Of a stretch of DNA of 64,000 bases, positions 36,818-49,176 are shown in pieces (position 1 is the stretch's first letter; each line of letters opens with the position of its first letter). Source of the DNA: Malacoraja senta (taxonomy: Eukaryota); contig CM075987.1 in the NCBI GenBank assembly GCA_038087875.1, forward strand, positions 26,724,001 through 26,788,000, given 5' to 3'. The position numbers and the translations under genes were made by a program. Below the pieces are notes generated by a model that was not told the DNA's origin, made no database searches, and worked only from the letters and a program-made list of their open reading frames with translations.

Positions 36818-37112
36818 GGCCGCAAGGTGGCGCAGCGGTAGAGTTGCTGCCTCACAACGCCAGAGACCTGGGTTCGATTCTCACTACGGGTTCTGTCTGT
36901 ACGGAATTTGTACTCTCTCACCGTGACTGCGTGGGTTTTCTCCGGGTGTTCCGGTTTCATCCCACACTCCAAAGACGCACAGGTTTGTAGGTTAATTGGC
37001 TTTGGTATAATTCTAAATTGTCCTTGGTGTGTGTAGGATAGCGTTAATGTGCGGGGATCGCTGGTTGGCGCGGACTCGGTGGGACAAAGGGCCTGTTTCT
37101 CTAAACTAAACA
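36818..37112 (+). mobile_element. V-SINE
   Basis: Consensus match from head to tail. Confidence 0.88.
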
Positions 37113-37125
37113 AAACATAAAAAAG

Positions 37126-37302
37126 CTCAGGTAGACAAAAATGCTGGAGAAACTCAGCGGGTGAGGCAGCATCTATGGAGAGAAGGAATAGGCGACGTTT
37201 CGGGTCACCTATTCCTTCTCTCCATAGATGCTGCCTCACCCGCTGAGTTTCTCCAGCATTTTAGTCTACCTTCAATTTTTCCAGCATCAGCAGTTCTTTC
37301 TT
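37126..37302. mobile_element. PLE-derived fold-back element
   Basis: Inverted arms centred near 37200; AAACATAAAAAAG duplicated at 37113-37125 and 37303-37315. Confidence 0.78.
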
Positions 37303-37956
37303 AAACATAAAAAAGTCCAGTGTGTATATATACATACTGTACACGCACGCACACACAGATGCACACACACACACACATATATATCTATACTGAGTCTGAA
37401 GAAGGGTCTCGACACAAAATGTCACCCATTCCTTCTCTCCAGAGATGCCAGCCAGTCATTAGCAGAGGCAACCTACAACTGGTGGATTGCATTATTCTAT
37501 AAATGTCATCTGTAACTTACACTGCCAATTTACAATCTTCTCTAGACAGGGACAATTAAAATCGGCATTGTATTTTCAATTCAAATGTTACAAAAACGAT
37601 TTGTGAATGTAATTATGCAAACATATTTATTTTATTAATTTAATCAAAGTCTGTCCCTATAGATAGGTTTATTCATTTTATTTCTGTTTGCTTTGATTCC
37701 TTTCACTGTGAAATCCTTACATGAGGAATTCCTTCAACACCATGGGTTCAATTAGTAACAGATGCCACAAACGTCTCATCTTTGTGACTGGCTGAAAAGG
37801 CATTTGTGTAAACCATCCACTGACGAGCAATTCTTTCGCTCCAGTACGAGACCTGATATGTTACCTCGTTATTCAAACTGCACTTTGCCACTCCACTGCA
37901 TCGCCCCAGGTGCAGGGAATGCAACAGGCAAACGCAGTGGGATCGTTCAGGCTAAA

Positions 37957-38262
37957 GGGCGGCACGGTGGCGCAGCGGTAGAGTTGCTGCCTCACAGCGC
38001 CAGGGATCCGGGTTCGATCCTGACCACGGGTGCTGTCTGTACGGAGTTTGTACCTTCTCCCCGTGACCGCGTGGGGTTTCATCCGAGATCTCAGTTTCCT
38101 CCCACAATCCAAAGACGTGCAGGTTTGTAGGTTAATTGGCTTCTGTAAAATTGTAAATTGCCCCTAGCGTGTTAATGTGCGGGGTCGCTGGTCGGCACAG
38201 ACTCGGTGGGCCGAAGGGCCTGTTTCTGTGCTGTATCTCTAGACTAAACTAAACGAAACTAA
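37957..38262 (+). mobile_element. V-SINE
   Basis: Consensus match from head to tail. Confidence 0.9.
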
Positions 38263-38858
38263 TCAAAAATTCTAGTGCAGGAAGGAACTGCAGATGCTGG
38301 TTTAAAACCGAAGATAGACACAAAAAGCTGGAGTAACTCAGCGGGACAGGCAGAGTCTCTGGAGAGAAGGAGTGGGTGAAGTTTTGGGTCGAGGTCCTCT
38401 GTCAAACTAAGATTGTCTTCAGCTAGGCGGTAAAACGCAAGCTGAGAGTTTGGTGGTGAAGGCAGCTGATATAAATGGAAGTGATGCTGTCAATCAGTCC
38501 CAATATTCCCCAAAGGGTAACGAGCGTACAACTCTAATACGACCTTGCCTGGCTGTCAGGATCTTATAACCAACGCCATCAGTATTGAGCACCTCGAATG
38601 GACTTCTTATATGCTTGCTCCGTGCCACAGATTGATGGCTTGCATTTAAAGACACTCAGACTAAACTCCCCCCTGTACTCTGCAGTGCGCACTGTGGTAC
38701 AATATACAAGTCTCTCTACAGATTGGGACACCCGTTTGATTTATCACCAATGTTTTGGGAAGATCATTATCAAAGGTAGTGCAGCAGCGTGGTGGCTATT
38801 TCATCGTACAGGTAATCTAGTGAGTTTTTCTCTGATTTTCAAGAGAGAGTTAGATTTA

Positions 38859-39113
38859 TAGTGCATTCAGAACGTATTCAGACCCCTTCACTTTTTCCAC
38901 ATTTTGCTATGTTACAGCCTTAATTTAAAATTGATTAAATTCAATTTTTTTATCATCAATCTACACACAATACCCCAGAAGTGAAAACAGGTGTTTTGAA
39001 ATTTTTGCAATGTAATTAAAAATAAATAACTGAAATATCACATTTACATAAGTATTCAGACCCTTTACTCGGTGCTTTGTTGAGGCACCTTTGGCAGCGA
39101 TTACAACCTCAAG
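38859..39113 (+). mobile_element. Tc1/mariner terminal fragment (IR/DR-type end)
   Basis: TA followed by TAGTGCATTCAGAACGTATTCAGACCCC (CAGTG-type terminus with one change); GTATTCAGACCC repeated at about 39052. Confidence 0.7.
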
Positions 39114-39121
39114 AATTCTCT

Positions 39122-39155
<34 letters not shown>

Positions 39156-39622
39156 CACACACATCAGAGTTCTTTCCCAATAAACTTTTGTGGGATCATA
39201 TAATGCCATTTATTTAGTCACCTTAGAACAGCAACAGTGGTACCTTAGCCTTGCCTTCTGCTTCCATGAAAGGGCATAAACTGCTGGAATAACTCAGCGG
39301 GACAGGCAGCATCTCGGGATTGTACGAATGGTTCTTTCTTTCTATCCATTGTATCTCATTCCTTCTCTCCCGAGATGCTGCCTGTCCCGCTGAGTTACTC
39401 CAGCATGATGTGTCAATCTTGGGTGTAAACCAGCATCTGCAGTTCCTTCTTACACAAGTGCTGGAGTAACTCTGCCGGTCAGGCAGCATCTCTGGAGATC
39501 CTTCCATGGTTTCCATGAGGAGAATCTACTGCTTCCATGAGTGGGTTCCCTTTCTAGTCTCTGAACAGCCCCCACCTCTTCTCTTACAATCACAAAACGT
39601 TATTCCTCTTATCATGTATCTG

Positions 39623-40782
39623 TAATAATAATAATAAGAAGAAGAATATCTTTTATTGTCATTGCACGTCAGTGCAACGAGATTTAGTATGCAGCTCCAC
39701 CAATGTACAAGAAAAGTTAAATAAATAAGCAAGCAAGCTGAGTGACGTGACCATCCGAGGGAGACTGTCCAGGGGGGGTGGGTGGGGGGGCACTCAGCAG
39801 GGCCGGTTCAGAGCCGCTATAGCTCTTGGAATAAAGCTGTTTCTGAGTCTGGAGGTTCGGGCGTAGAAGGCCTTGTAACGTCTGCCGGAGGGAAGTAGTT
39901 CAAACAGTCCGTTACAAGGGTGTGATGAGTCCTTATGGATGCTGACGGCCTTCCTGAGGCACCGCGTGTGGTAGATGCCCTCCAAGGCTGGTAGCTCTGT
40001 CCCAATGATCCTCTGCGCTCTGTGGACGACGCGCTGAAGAGCTCTCCTCTCCGCCTCCGTGCAGCTGAGATACCACACAGAGATGCCATACGTTAATATG
40101 CTCTCTGTGGTACAGCGGTAGAACGTTGTCAGCAGCTGTTGGGGCAGACCGGTCTTTTTTAATGTCCTCGGGAAGAACAGTCGTTGCTGTGCCTTCTTGA
40201 CCAGCGCAGCGGTGTTGGTGGACCATGTGAGGTCCTCTGAAATGTGAGTGCCCAGAAACTTAAAGCTGGACACTCTCTCCACACTTTCCCCGTAAATGGA
40301 GATTGGGGCGTATTCTCCATTATGGGACCTCCTGAAGTCAATAATCAGCTCCTTGGTCTTGGAGGTGGTTTAATGACAAGTTGTTATGAGCGCACCAGTC
40401 CGCCAGGTTCTGCACCTCCGCTCTGTATTTTGTTTCATCACCGTTGGTGATCAGCCCAATCACTGTTGTGTCGTCTGCAAACTTCACGATGGTGTTGGTG
40501 TCGAATGCAGGGACACAGTCGTGAGTGAAGAGGGAGTAGAGCATGGGGCTTAGTACACAGCCCTGTGGTGTGCCGGTGCTCAGGGTGATAGTGGAGGACA
40601 GGTGCGGGCCAGTCTCACTGCCTGCGGTCGCTCCGTCAGAAAGTTCAGGATCCAATCGCATATCGGCGAGCTGAGGCCTAGCTGGTGGAGTTTGGTGGTG
40701 AGCTTGGTGGGGATGACCGTATTGAATGCAGAGCTATAGTCAATGAAGAGCATCCTCACATACGTGCCCTGTCTGTCCAGGT
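39623..40782 (-). mobile_element. Rex1/Babar non-LTR retrotransposon 3' fragment (RT, frameshifted)
   Basis: VRMLFIDYSSAFNTVIP, GTPQGCVLSPMLYSLFTHDC, KFADDTT, FKFLGTHISEDLTW..KKAQQRLFF, LLPSGRRY; (TTC/TTA)n tail. Confidence 0.92.
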
Positions 40783-40811
40783 ACACTAGTACACTGTGGA
40801 TGGCTCGATTG

Positions 40812-40990
40812 TAACTAAAATTAAACTAAACTAAAGTAAATTAAACTAAATTAAACTAAATTAAACTAAACTAAATGTAACTAAACTATAACTAAACTAA
40901 ATTAAACAAAACCAAACTGAACTATTACTAAACTGAATTAAACTAAACTAAACTAATCAAAACTAAACTAAACTCAACTAAACTAAAACT
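40812..40990. repeat. (AAACT/AAATT)n pentanucleotide repeat
   Basis: Directly visible; resembles an expanded retroposon tail. Confidence 0.9.
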
Positions 40991-41965
40991 CTTTTCCTGT
41001 TTACTTGTCTACAGATTATTCTTGTATTCCCTTTTGTTTATTTCCAATCTTTTCTCATGCTCTGACTTTACCTCTTGTATTTACTTTTAATTTCCTCTTT
41101 GAAGTCCCCGTGATGAGTTCAGTGTTCCCTCGGGTTAATCTGTCATCATTCATAGTTCATTTTCTTTCCGGCTCTGTATTCCTTCCTCTATTTTTAATTT
41201 AGTCTGGCTTTAAGCCGTCTATACCACTCCCTTAAGGGACAGTTACTGTAATATTTCCACCTTCATTCAATCGTAGCTTTGCCAAACAATGTGTTGCATT
41301 TACCCAGAGTCATAGAGTGATCCAGCATGGAAACAGGCCCTTCGGTCCAACTTGCCAAGAAAGAATACTTTATTCTCTCATGTTGCAAGTCACAGTCAAA
41401 TTCTTTGCTTGCATAGCCAAGGTATACAAAGAGTCACCACCTAAAGGGCACTGCCAAAGTTACAAAGTACCCGTGTCGGGTCCTGCTTTGATCCACCCCC
41501 CCCCCACTGACGGCGGTCCCACCGCACCAAGTCCACGTGTACCGGTGATCACTGGTCGGCGCTGACTGGGTGGGCCGAAGGGCCTGTTTCCACGCTGTAT
41601 CTCTAAACTAAACTTGCAACTTATGTTGAGAAGGCTGGAAGACTAGAAATATAGCTTATGAATCTTTGTATGGATTATTATTTCAACACTAGAATTATAG
41701 ATCCACTTAAAGCTAATACTAAATCGTTGCTTTGATAGGTAGGCTATTAAATGATGTTCAGTTTCTTGGTAATAGTAGTTACTCAGAGTAAGTAAGTTGT
41801 CCTCAGCCCAGGTTGTTATCAGCCCGACAGTACAACAATGTACTATAGTTTATTCTTCCACAAATTTGTCCTCAATCAGTCTGTAAAGGATAGACTCAAA
41901 GGTACACAAAAATGTTGGAGAAATTCAGCGGGTGCAGCAGCATCTATGGAGCGAAGGAAATAGGC

Positions 41966-41993
41966 AACGTTTCGGGCCGAAACCCTTCTTCAG
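41966..41993 (-). ncRNA. Putative minimal hammerhead ribozyme core in the PLE 3' end
   Basis: Sense to the ORFs: CUGAAGA-A-GGGU(UUCG)GCCC-GAAA-CG-UU. Confidence 0.65.
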
Positions 41994-42112
41994 ACTGATA
42001 GGGGGTGGGGAGAAGAAAGGAAAAAAGGAAAAAAAGGCGGAGGAGGAGCCCGAGGGCTGGGGGATGGGAGGAGACAACCAGAGGGCTGATGAAGGGGAGG
42101 GGACAGCAAGGG

Positions 42113-42673
42113 CTAGCAGAGTTGGGAGAATTCAATGTTCATGCCCCCAGGATGTAGACTGCCCAAGCGGAATATGAGGTGCATTTCCTCCAATTTCCGG
42201 TGTTGCTCGCTGTGGCCATGGAGGAGACCCAGGACAGAGAGGTCAGATACGGAATGGGAGGGGGAATTGAAGTGCTGAGCCACCGGGAGGTCAGGTTGGT
42301 TATTGCGGACCGACCGGAGGTGTTCGGCGAAACGATCGCCAAGCCTCCGCTTGGTCTCACCGATGTAGATCAGCTGACATCTAGAGCAGCGGATGCAATA
42401 GATGAGGTTGGAGGAGATGCAGGTGAACCTCTGTCGCACCCTGAACGACTGCTTGGGTCCTTGAATGGAGTCGAGGGGGGAGGTGAAGGGACAAGTGTTG
42501 CATCTCTTGCGGTTGCAAGGTAAAGTACCCGGGGAGGGGGTGGTATGGGAGGGAAGGGAAGAATTGACAAGGGAGTTGCGGAGGGAGTTGCGGAAGGCAG
42601 ACATGGGGGGAGATGGGAAGATGTGGCGAGTGGTGGGGTCACGTTGGAGGTGGCGAAACTGTCGGAGGATCAC
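42113..42673 (-). pseudogene. Penelope GIY-YIG endonuclease remnant
   Basis: CNRKRCNTC linker, FTCISSNLIYCIRCSRC..YIGETKRRLGDRFAEH. Confidence 0.9.
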
Positions 42674-42711
42674 TTGTTGTATGTGACAGCTGGTGGGGTG
42701 AAAGGTGAGGA

Positions 42712-43233
42712 CTAGGGGGACTCTGCCCTTGTTGTGAGTGGGGGATGGGGAGAGAGAGCAGTGTTGCGGGGTATGGCAGAGACCCTGGTGCGAGCCTCAT
42801 CTATGGTGGAGGAGGGGAACCCCTGTTCCCTGAAGAATGAGGACATTTCGGATGCCCTGGTGTGGAACGCCTCATCCTGGGAGTCCTTACAGGAAGCAGG
42901 GTGGGAAGAAGTGTAGTCCAGATAGCCATGGGAGTCGGTAGGTTTGTAATGGATGTCGGTAAGAAGTCTATCACCTGCGATGGAGATAGTGAGGTCAAGG
43001 AATGGTAGGGAAGTGTCGGAAATGGTCCAGGTGTATTTGAATGCCGGATGGAAGTTGGTGGTGAAGCGGATGAAGTCAGTCAGTTGTGTGTGGGTGCAGG
43101 AGGTGGCACCAAAACAGTCATCGATGTAGCGGAGGTAGAGGTCGGGGATGGGGCCCTGGTACGCATTGAACAAGGATTGTTCTACGTACCCGACAAAGAG
43201 GCAGGCGTAGCTGGGGCCCATGCGTGTGCCCAT
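42712..43233 (-). pseudogene. Penelope reverse transcriptase remnant
   Basis: MGTRMGPSYACLFVG, YLRYIDDCFG, LPFLDLTI, YKPTDSHGYL; 5'-truncated and out of frame with the EN. Confidence 0.9.
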
Positions 43234-43496
43234 AGCTACGCCTTGTATTTGGAGGAAATGGGAGGAGTCAAATGAGAAGTTATTGAGGATAAGGACCAGC
43301 TCCGCTAGGCGGAGGAAGGTGTCAGTGGCTGGGTATACGTTGCTTCTCTGGTCGAGGAAAAACCGGAGGGCTCAAAAAAGGATAGACTCAAAATACTGGA
43401 GATGATGCTCTTTTATTCTGGACCCTCGTGCGGGAAAAAAAAGCAGAGCATTTACCCTGTCTAGTCCGTTAAGTATCTTAGTCATTTTAATAGTTT

Positions 43497-43802
43497 GGGC
43501 GGCACGGTGGCGCAGCGGTAGTGTTGCTGCCTCACAGCGCCAGAGACCCGGGTTCCATCCCGACTACGGGTGCTGTCTGTACGGAGTTTGTACGTTCTCC
43601 CCGTAACCTGCGCGGGTTTTCTCTGAGGTCTTCGGTTTCCTCCAACACTCCAAAGACGTACAGGTTTGTAGGTTAATTGGCTTGGTGTAAATGTAAAATT
43701 GTTCCTAGTATGTGTAGGGTAGTGTTAAAGTGCGGGGATCGCTAGTCGGTGCGGGCTCAGTGGACTGAAGGGCCTGTTTCCACGTTGGATCTCTAAACTA
43801 AA
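43497..43802 (+). mobile_element. V-SINE
   Basis: Consensus match from head to tail. Confidence 0.9.
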
Positions 43803-43816
43803 TTAACTTGGTACAG

Positions 43817-44851
43817 TAGGTATGTTACAAAACTTACCTTCTGCGGCTCTGCAGTTCTGTCACTGGCTGTGTGTGCGCCTTTGAGAGGGGGGCGGGTTTA
43901 AAATGCGGTTATTTACCAGCCTGTTGAAATCGATTTTTGTCAGGCTGTTTAGCTGCTGAAGAATAATCGCTCGGGCATCGGTTTTATTAAGTTTTTTTTT
44001 AACTGCACTGGATATTTTAATAGCAGGAGTAATTTAAAAATCAATTTCTAAAGCCGTCAACACCGACAATGGGGACGGATTTCACGCACGAGACGGGTAA
44101 AGCAAAGCCGTTTAGTTTACATATAAACGTGCTTCTTAGGATGCCTTTAATCAAAATTTTACGTTGCGAAAAGGTGACTTAGGACCCATAAGAACCGGCA
44201 GTGTTTTTCCTGCCGATATGGGGTTTAAATTCAACGCAACCGCAACGTTCCAATCGATCCCGTTCCACAAAATCCCACTCGCAAGATGATTAAAATGGCC
44301 ATTAATTTACGGGAATTAAACACAAAATTCCTTCCATTTGGCCTATAAATTCATGACAATGAGATTTAAAAATCATGTTATATTGTGAATTCTTGTGTGA
44401 ATGTTATTTGGACACTTAGGCTATTTAAAAATGTTAACCTTTTCTTAAGAAATTGATAGATGTTTAGATCTAGTAATTGAATTTTGTAATTAGCTACAAT
44501 TGGGTAACTAACTAATTATATGCTTTAATTTCAGGTCAACCAAGTAACATTGTTCAATATTTGTTTCAGAATGCTTCAATCTATAATAACTGAAAATTTC
44601 ATTCAGTTCTCTTAATTTTTAAGAAGGTTATGGGCTTTTGACTGTCCTTGATCACAGCTTTTGAGTTAAGTCAATGGAAAAGCAATAGGGAACAAGATGC
44701 TAATTTCCGAGTATGTAAATGGCCATAACTTTTTTAATACTGAAGATATGAAAGTGAATTAGGTGTCAAATTAAACTTATTTTTATGCTTTATCTGATGG
44801 GATAAATTGCAGACTTGATTTTTTTAATCTCAAAATGTTGTAATATTGCTA
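43817..44851. mobile_element. Non-autonomous TIR DNA transposon, unclassified, 7-bp TSD
   Basis: Imperfect 14-bp TIR (TAGGTATGTTACAA / TTGTAATATTGCTA); GGTACAG duplicated at 43810-43816 and 44852-44858; no ORF. Confidence 0.65.
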
Positions 44852-45134
44852 GGTACAGTGATTCTCTACTGGACTGTTTGTAAGGAAAATAGTTTCAATA
44901 TGTTTACAATTAACAATAAAAACCACTATTGATTACTACCATTGAAAATTAAAATTTTCATTAAAATTAACATTAAATTTCATTAAATTAAAATTAAAAT
45001 CATATTTTCTGTTGTCGATTAGTTTGTTAGTGTTTTCTTACCACCAGTAAATGAACACAAACGTACATATCTCTGACCCACTATCATACATAGGAATTAT
45101 ACCTAGCCTTGTCTTATTGTTTGATCAGTCTTTA

Positions 45135-45446
45135 ATTCAGTTTCGAGATACGGCGCAGAAATAGGACCTTCAGCCAACCGAGTCCGCACCGACCAGCAAT
45201 CCCTGCACACTAACGCTATCCTACACACACTCGGCACAATTTACATTTATACCATGCTGATTAAACTACAATCTTTTACGTCTTTGGAGTGTGGTAGTAA
45301 ACCGAAGATCTCGGAGAAAACCCTCGCAGGTCACGGGGAGAAGGTACAAACTCCGTACAGACAGCGCCCGTGGTCAGGATCGAACCCGGGTCTCCGGCGC
45401 TGCAAACGCTGTAAGACAGCGACTCTACCGCTGCGCCACCGTGCCG
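45135..45446 (-). mobile_element. V-SINE, head variant with a duplicated CAGCG motif
   Basis: Full reverse copy. Confidence 0.88.
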
Positions 45447-46139
45447 TTTATCTTTTCATGGATGTCAGTTGTTTCTCTTAAGTCACGCTGATGCTTATAT
45501 TTGAGACTGGAAGTGAAATCTCTGGGTTTATGATGGATGGAGGAACTGAACGGAAATGCAAGAGCCAATCCACAAAACAGCAGTCAAACTTGTCGCGTCC
45601 CGAGAAATCAAATAGAGGGGGAGATTGATGCAATCTCTGAAATGAAGCAGCTCCGTGTTGTGTCAGTGTTCATTTTGAAAGTCCATGTTTCTCGAAGGAA
45701 GAAAATCTCCGACATGATTTGCAGGGACAAGATCAGCTATTGATAGATTGAATTTTTTTTAAAAAAATCTTTTTTTTTTTAAAACTCTGCACAGAACAAC
45801 CTAAAAGAACAAAAAAATAATTCAGAAAGAAATCGGAATTCAATATAAGTTCATTAATTCATAAGTGATAGGAACAGAATTAGACCATTCGGCCCATCAA
45901 GTCTACACTGTCATTCAATCATGGCTGATCTATTTTTCCCTCCTAACCCCATTCTCTTGCCTTCTCCCCATAACCCCTGACACCCGCACTAATCAAGAAT
46001 ATATCTATCTCTGCCTTATTGTCATTTAGATATGATAGGGTTTTTTAATTTTAACTTTATTCCAGCAAAATTAATATATTTATTTCTTTAAAGTAGAGAC
46101 GATAGCAAAGTACATATTGAAAATCATTAGAAAAATACG

Positions 46140-46908
46140 TTTAGTTTAGTTTAGAGATACAGCGTGGAAATAAGCCCATCAGCCCAGCGAGTCTGCGCTG
46201 ACCAGCGATCACCGCACACTCGCACTATCCAACACACTAGGGACATGTTACCGAAGGCAATTCACCTACAAAAATGCACATCTTTTACACTTGTGAGGAA
46301 ACCGAAGCATCCAGAGAAAACCCACACAGGTCACAGGGAGAACGTACAAACTCCGTACAGACAGCACCCATAGTTGGGATCAATAGACAATAGACAATAG
46401 ACTAGGTGCAGCAGTAGGCCATTCGGCCCTTCGAGCCAGCTCCGCCATTCAATATGATCATGGCTGATCATCCCCAATCAGTATCCCGTTCCTGCCTTCT
46501 CCCCATATCTCCTGACTCCGCTATCTTTAAGAGCCCTATCTAGCTCTCTCTTGAAAGCATCCAGAGAACCGGCCTCCACCGCCCTCTGAGGCAGAGAATT
46601 CCACAGACTCACAACTCTCTGTGAAAAAAAGTGTTTCCTCGTCTCCGTTCTAAATGGCTTACCCCTTATTCTTAAACTGTGGCCCCTGGTTCTGGACTCC
46701 CCCAACATCGGGAACATGTTTCCTGCCTCTAGCGTGTCCAAACCACTTCACAATCTTATATGTTTCAATAAGATCCCCTCTCATCTTTCTAAACTCCAGA
46801 GTGTACAAGCCCAGCTGCTCCATTCTCTCAGCATATGACCGTCCCGCCATCCCGGGCATTAACCTAGATGGAACCCGGGTCTCTGGCGCTGTGAGGCAGC
46901 AACTACCT
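46140..46908 (-). mobile_element. V-SINE interrupted by a CR1 3' end (46382-46865, -)
   Basis: SINE resumes at GATGGAACCCGGGTCTCTGG; CR1 ORF 46478..46741 and (TATTGTC)n tail. Confidence 0.85.
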
Positions 46909-47059
46909 ATTTAAGCTATACTGGTATAATTATAATGCTGTAGTGGTCCTTTCAAAAGAGTAAGACAGCTGTAAGCATGCATCGGAAAATAATTACCTTA
47001 AACTCACAGATCACATTCTGCTTCCTAACCTGCTGCACACCTTACAGACTAAAGCCCTT

Positions 47060-47355
47060 AGATAGACACAAAATACTGGAGTAACTCAGCAGGACAGGCA
47101 GCATCTGGGGAGAGAAGGAATGGGTGACGTTTCGGGTCGAGACCTTTCTTCAGGCTGGCTGGGGAAAAGGGAAACAAGATATATAGACGGTGATGTAGAG
47201 AGATAAAGAACAATGAATGAAAGATGCGCAAAAAAGTAGCGATGATAAAGGAAACAGGCCGTTGTTAGCTGTCTGTTGGGTGAAAATGAGAAGCTGGTGC
47301 GACTTGGGTGGGGGAGGGATGGAGAGAGAGGGAATGTCACTTGAAGTGAAAGAAC
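47060..47355 (-). mobile_element. Penelope-like 3' repeat fragment
   Basis: Matches 14478-14670 and 56990-57140. Confidence 0.7.
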
Positions 47356-47368
47356 CCACTGAGTTTTA

Positions 47369-47734
47369 AGCCCCTGTCCCACTTAGGAGAATTAAACAGC
47401 AACCTCTGGAGACCTTGCCCGCCACCCAAAAAAAAAATCAAGGTCAACCTCCTACCACCTCCCGCGCATATGTGGAAAACATTCCTCGACTATGAAGAAA
47501 AACGGCTTCGACTAGACCTGCGACTAAAAAATGATCGATTTTTAAAACGGCAACCTATTTTTAGTCGAGGCCGGTTTTAAACATGATGAAAAAATAGCAG
47601 CAAACTAGATGAAGCCTCGACCATGCGGAAACCACTTTTGACCATTAGGGAGAGTGACCAAAACCTCCGGTGACCTCATGGAAACCTTGGGTGGCGGGCA
47701 ATGTCTGTTTAGGTCTCCTAAGTGGGACAGTGGT
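47369..47734. mobile_element. PIF/Harbinger-type MITE, third family
   Basis: TIR CTGTCCCACTTAGGAGA / TCTCCTAAGTGGGACAG; TTA flanks; interrupts CTGAGTTACTCCAGC. Confidence 0.75.
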
Positions 47735-48069
47735 TTACTCCAGCATTTTGTGTCTATCTTTGAATTGAACCAGCATCTGCAGTTTGAATTGAACCAGCAT
47801 ACTGCATTTCATTGTGTCTGTACTGTACACTGCACAATGACAATAAAGTTGAATCTGATCTGAATCTGAGTTCCTTTCTACACATTTAGTCTGAAGCTGG
47901 TGAGAGACTGCCTGCTTTGTTGTGTTCAGGCAGACAACATGCTTTTCTCGTACAGCCCGTGAGTTTTATTCTTTTACAATGAACATTCTTCAGACAAGGA
48001 AGAAGCTGCAGAGGGCTGTTTGAGACCAAAGTTTTGAAATGGTGATTAATGAGCAATCCAAAGCTGCAA

Positions 48070-48752
48070 CTCATAAACGATAGGAGCAGAATTAGGCCAT
48101 TTGGCCCAGCAAGTCTACTCCACCATTCAATCATGGCCGATCTATCTCCCCCTCCTAACCCCATTCTCCTGCCTTCTCCCCGTAACCTTTGACACCCGTA
48201 CTAATCCTAGAACCTGTCAATCTCCACCTTAAAACTGCCCAATGACTTGGCCTCCACAGCGTTTTATTGCAATGAATTCCACAGATTCACCACCCTCTGA
48301 CTAAAGAAATTCCTCCTCATCTCCTTGCTGGGGCGGCACGGTGGTGCAGCGGTAGAGTTGCTGCCTTACAGCGTTTGCAGCGCCAGAGACCCGGGTTCAA
48401 ACCCGACTACGGGTGCTGTCTGTACGAAGTTTGTACGTTCTCCCCGTGATCGCGTGGGTTTTCTCCGAGATCTCCGGTTTCCTCCCACACTCCAAAGACG
48501 TGCAGGTTTGAAGGGTAATTGGCTTGGTCCAAATGAAAAGTGTCCCTAGTGTGCAGGTTGGTGTTAATGTGCGGGGATTGCTGGTCGGTGTGGAGTCGGT
48601 GGGCCGAAAGGCCTGTTTCCGCGCAGTATCTCTCAACTAAACTAAACTAATGGTACGCCCTTTTATTCTGAGGCTATGGCCTCTGATCCTAGACTCTCTC
48701 ACTAGTAGAAACATCCTCTCCACATCCGCTCTATCCAGGCCTTTCATTATTC
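48070..48752 (-). mobile_element. CR1 3' end interrupted by a forward V-SINE (48330-48649)
   Basis: CR1 sequence is continuous across the SINE. Confidence 0.82.
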
Positions 48753-49176
48753 ACTAACTCCATGCATTGTGTTCTTTCTGGCTTTTCATATCAACTAATA
48801 ACAGTTCAGTTCAGTTTAGTTTATTGTCACGTACACCGAGGTACAGTAAAAAGTTTTTGTTGCGTGCTAACCAGTCAGCAGAAAGACGACACATTATAAT
48901 TGAGCCATCCACAGTGTACAGCTATGTGATACAGGGAATAAAATCCAATAAAGTGCAAAATAAAAATGAGTAAAGTCCGATCAAAGATAGTTTGAGGGTC
49001 TCCAATAAGGTCGCCTCCTTTTGCTCTGGTAGTTTATTTAATTCACATGTTTAATCAATAATGTTTTATTATTAATGTTTAATGTTTTATGTGTCATTCC
49101 TAACTGTCACTGTATGTCATGTTGTCACTTGCGGGCAGAGCACCAAGGCAAATTCATTGTATGTGAATACTTGGCC

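Larger units (their letters stand above)
41901..43376 (-). mobile_element. 5'-truncated Penelope-like element (RT + GIY-YIG endonuclease + 3' repeat)
   Basis: RT and EN ORFs listed separately; 16-bp TSD AAAGGATAGACTCAAA at 41885-41900 and 43377-43392. Confidence 0.93.
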
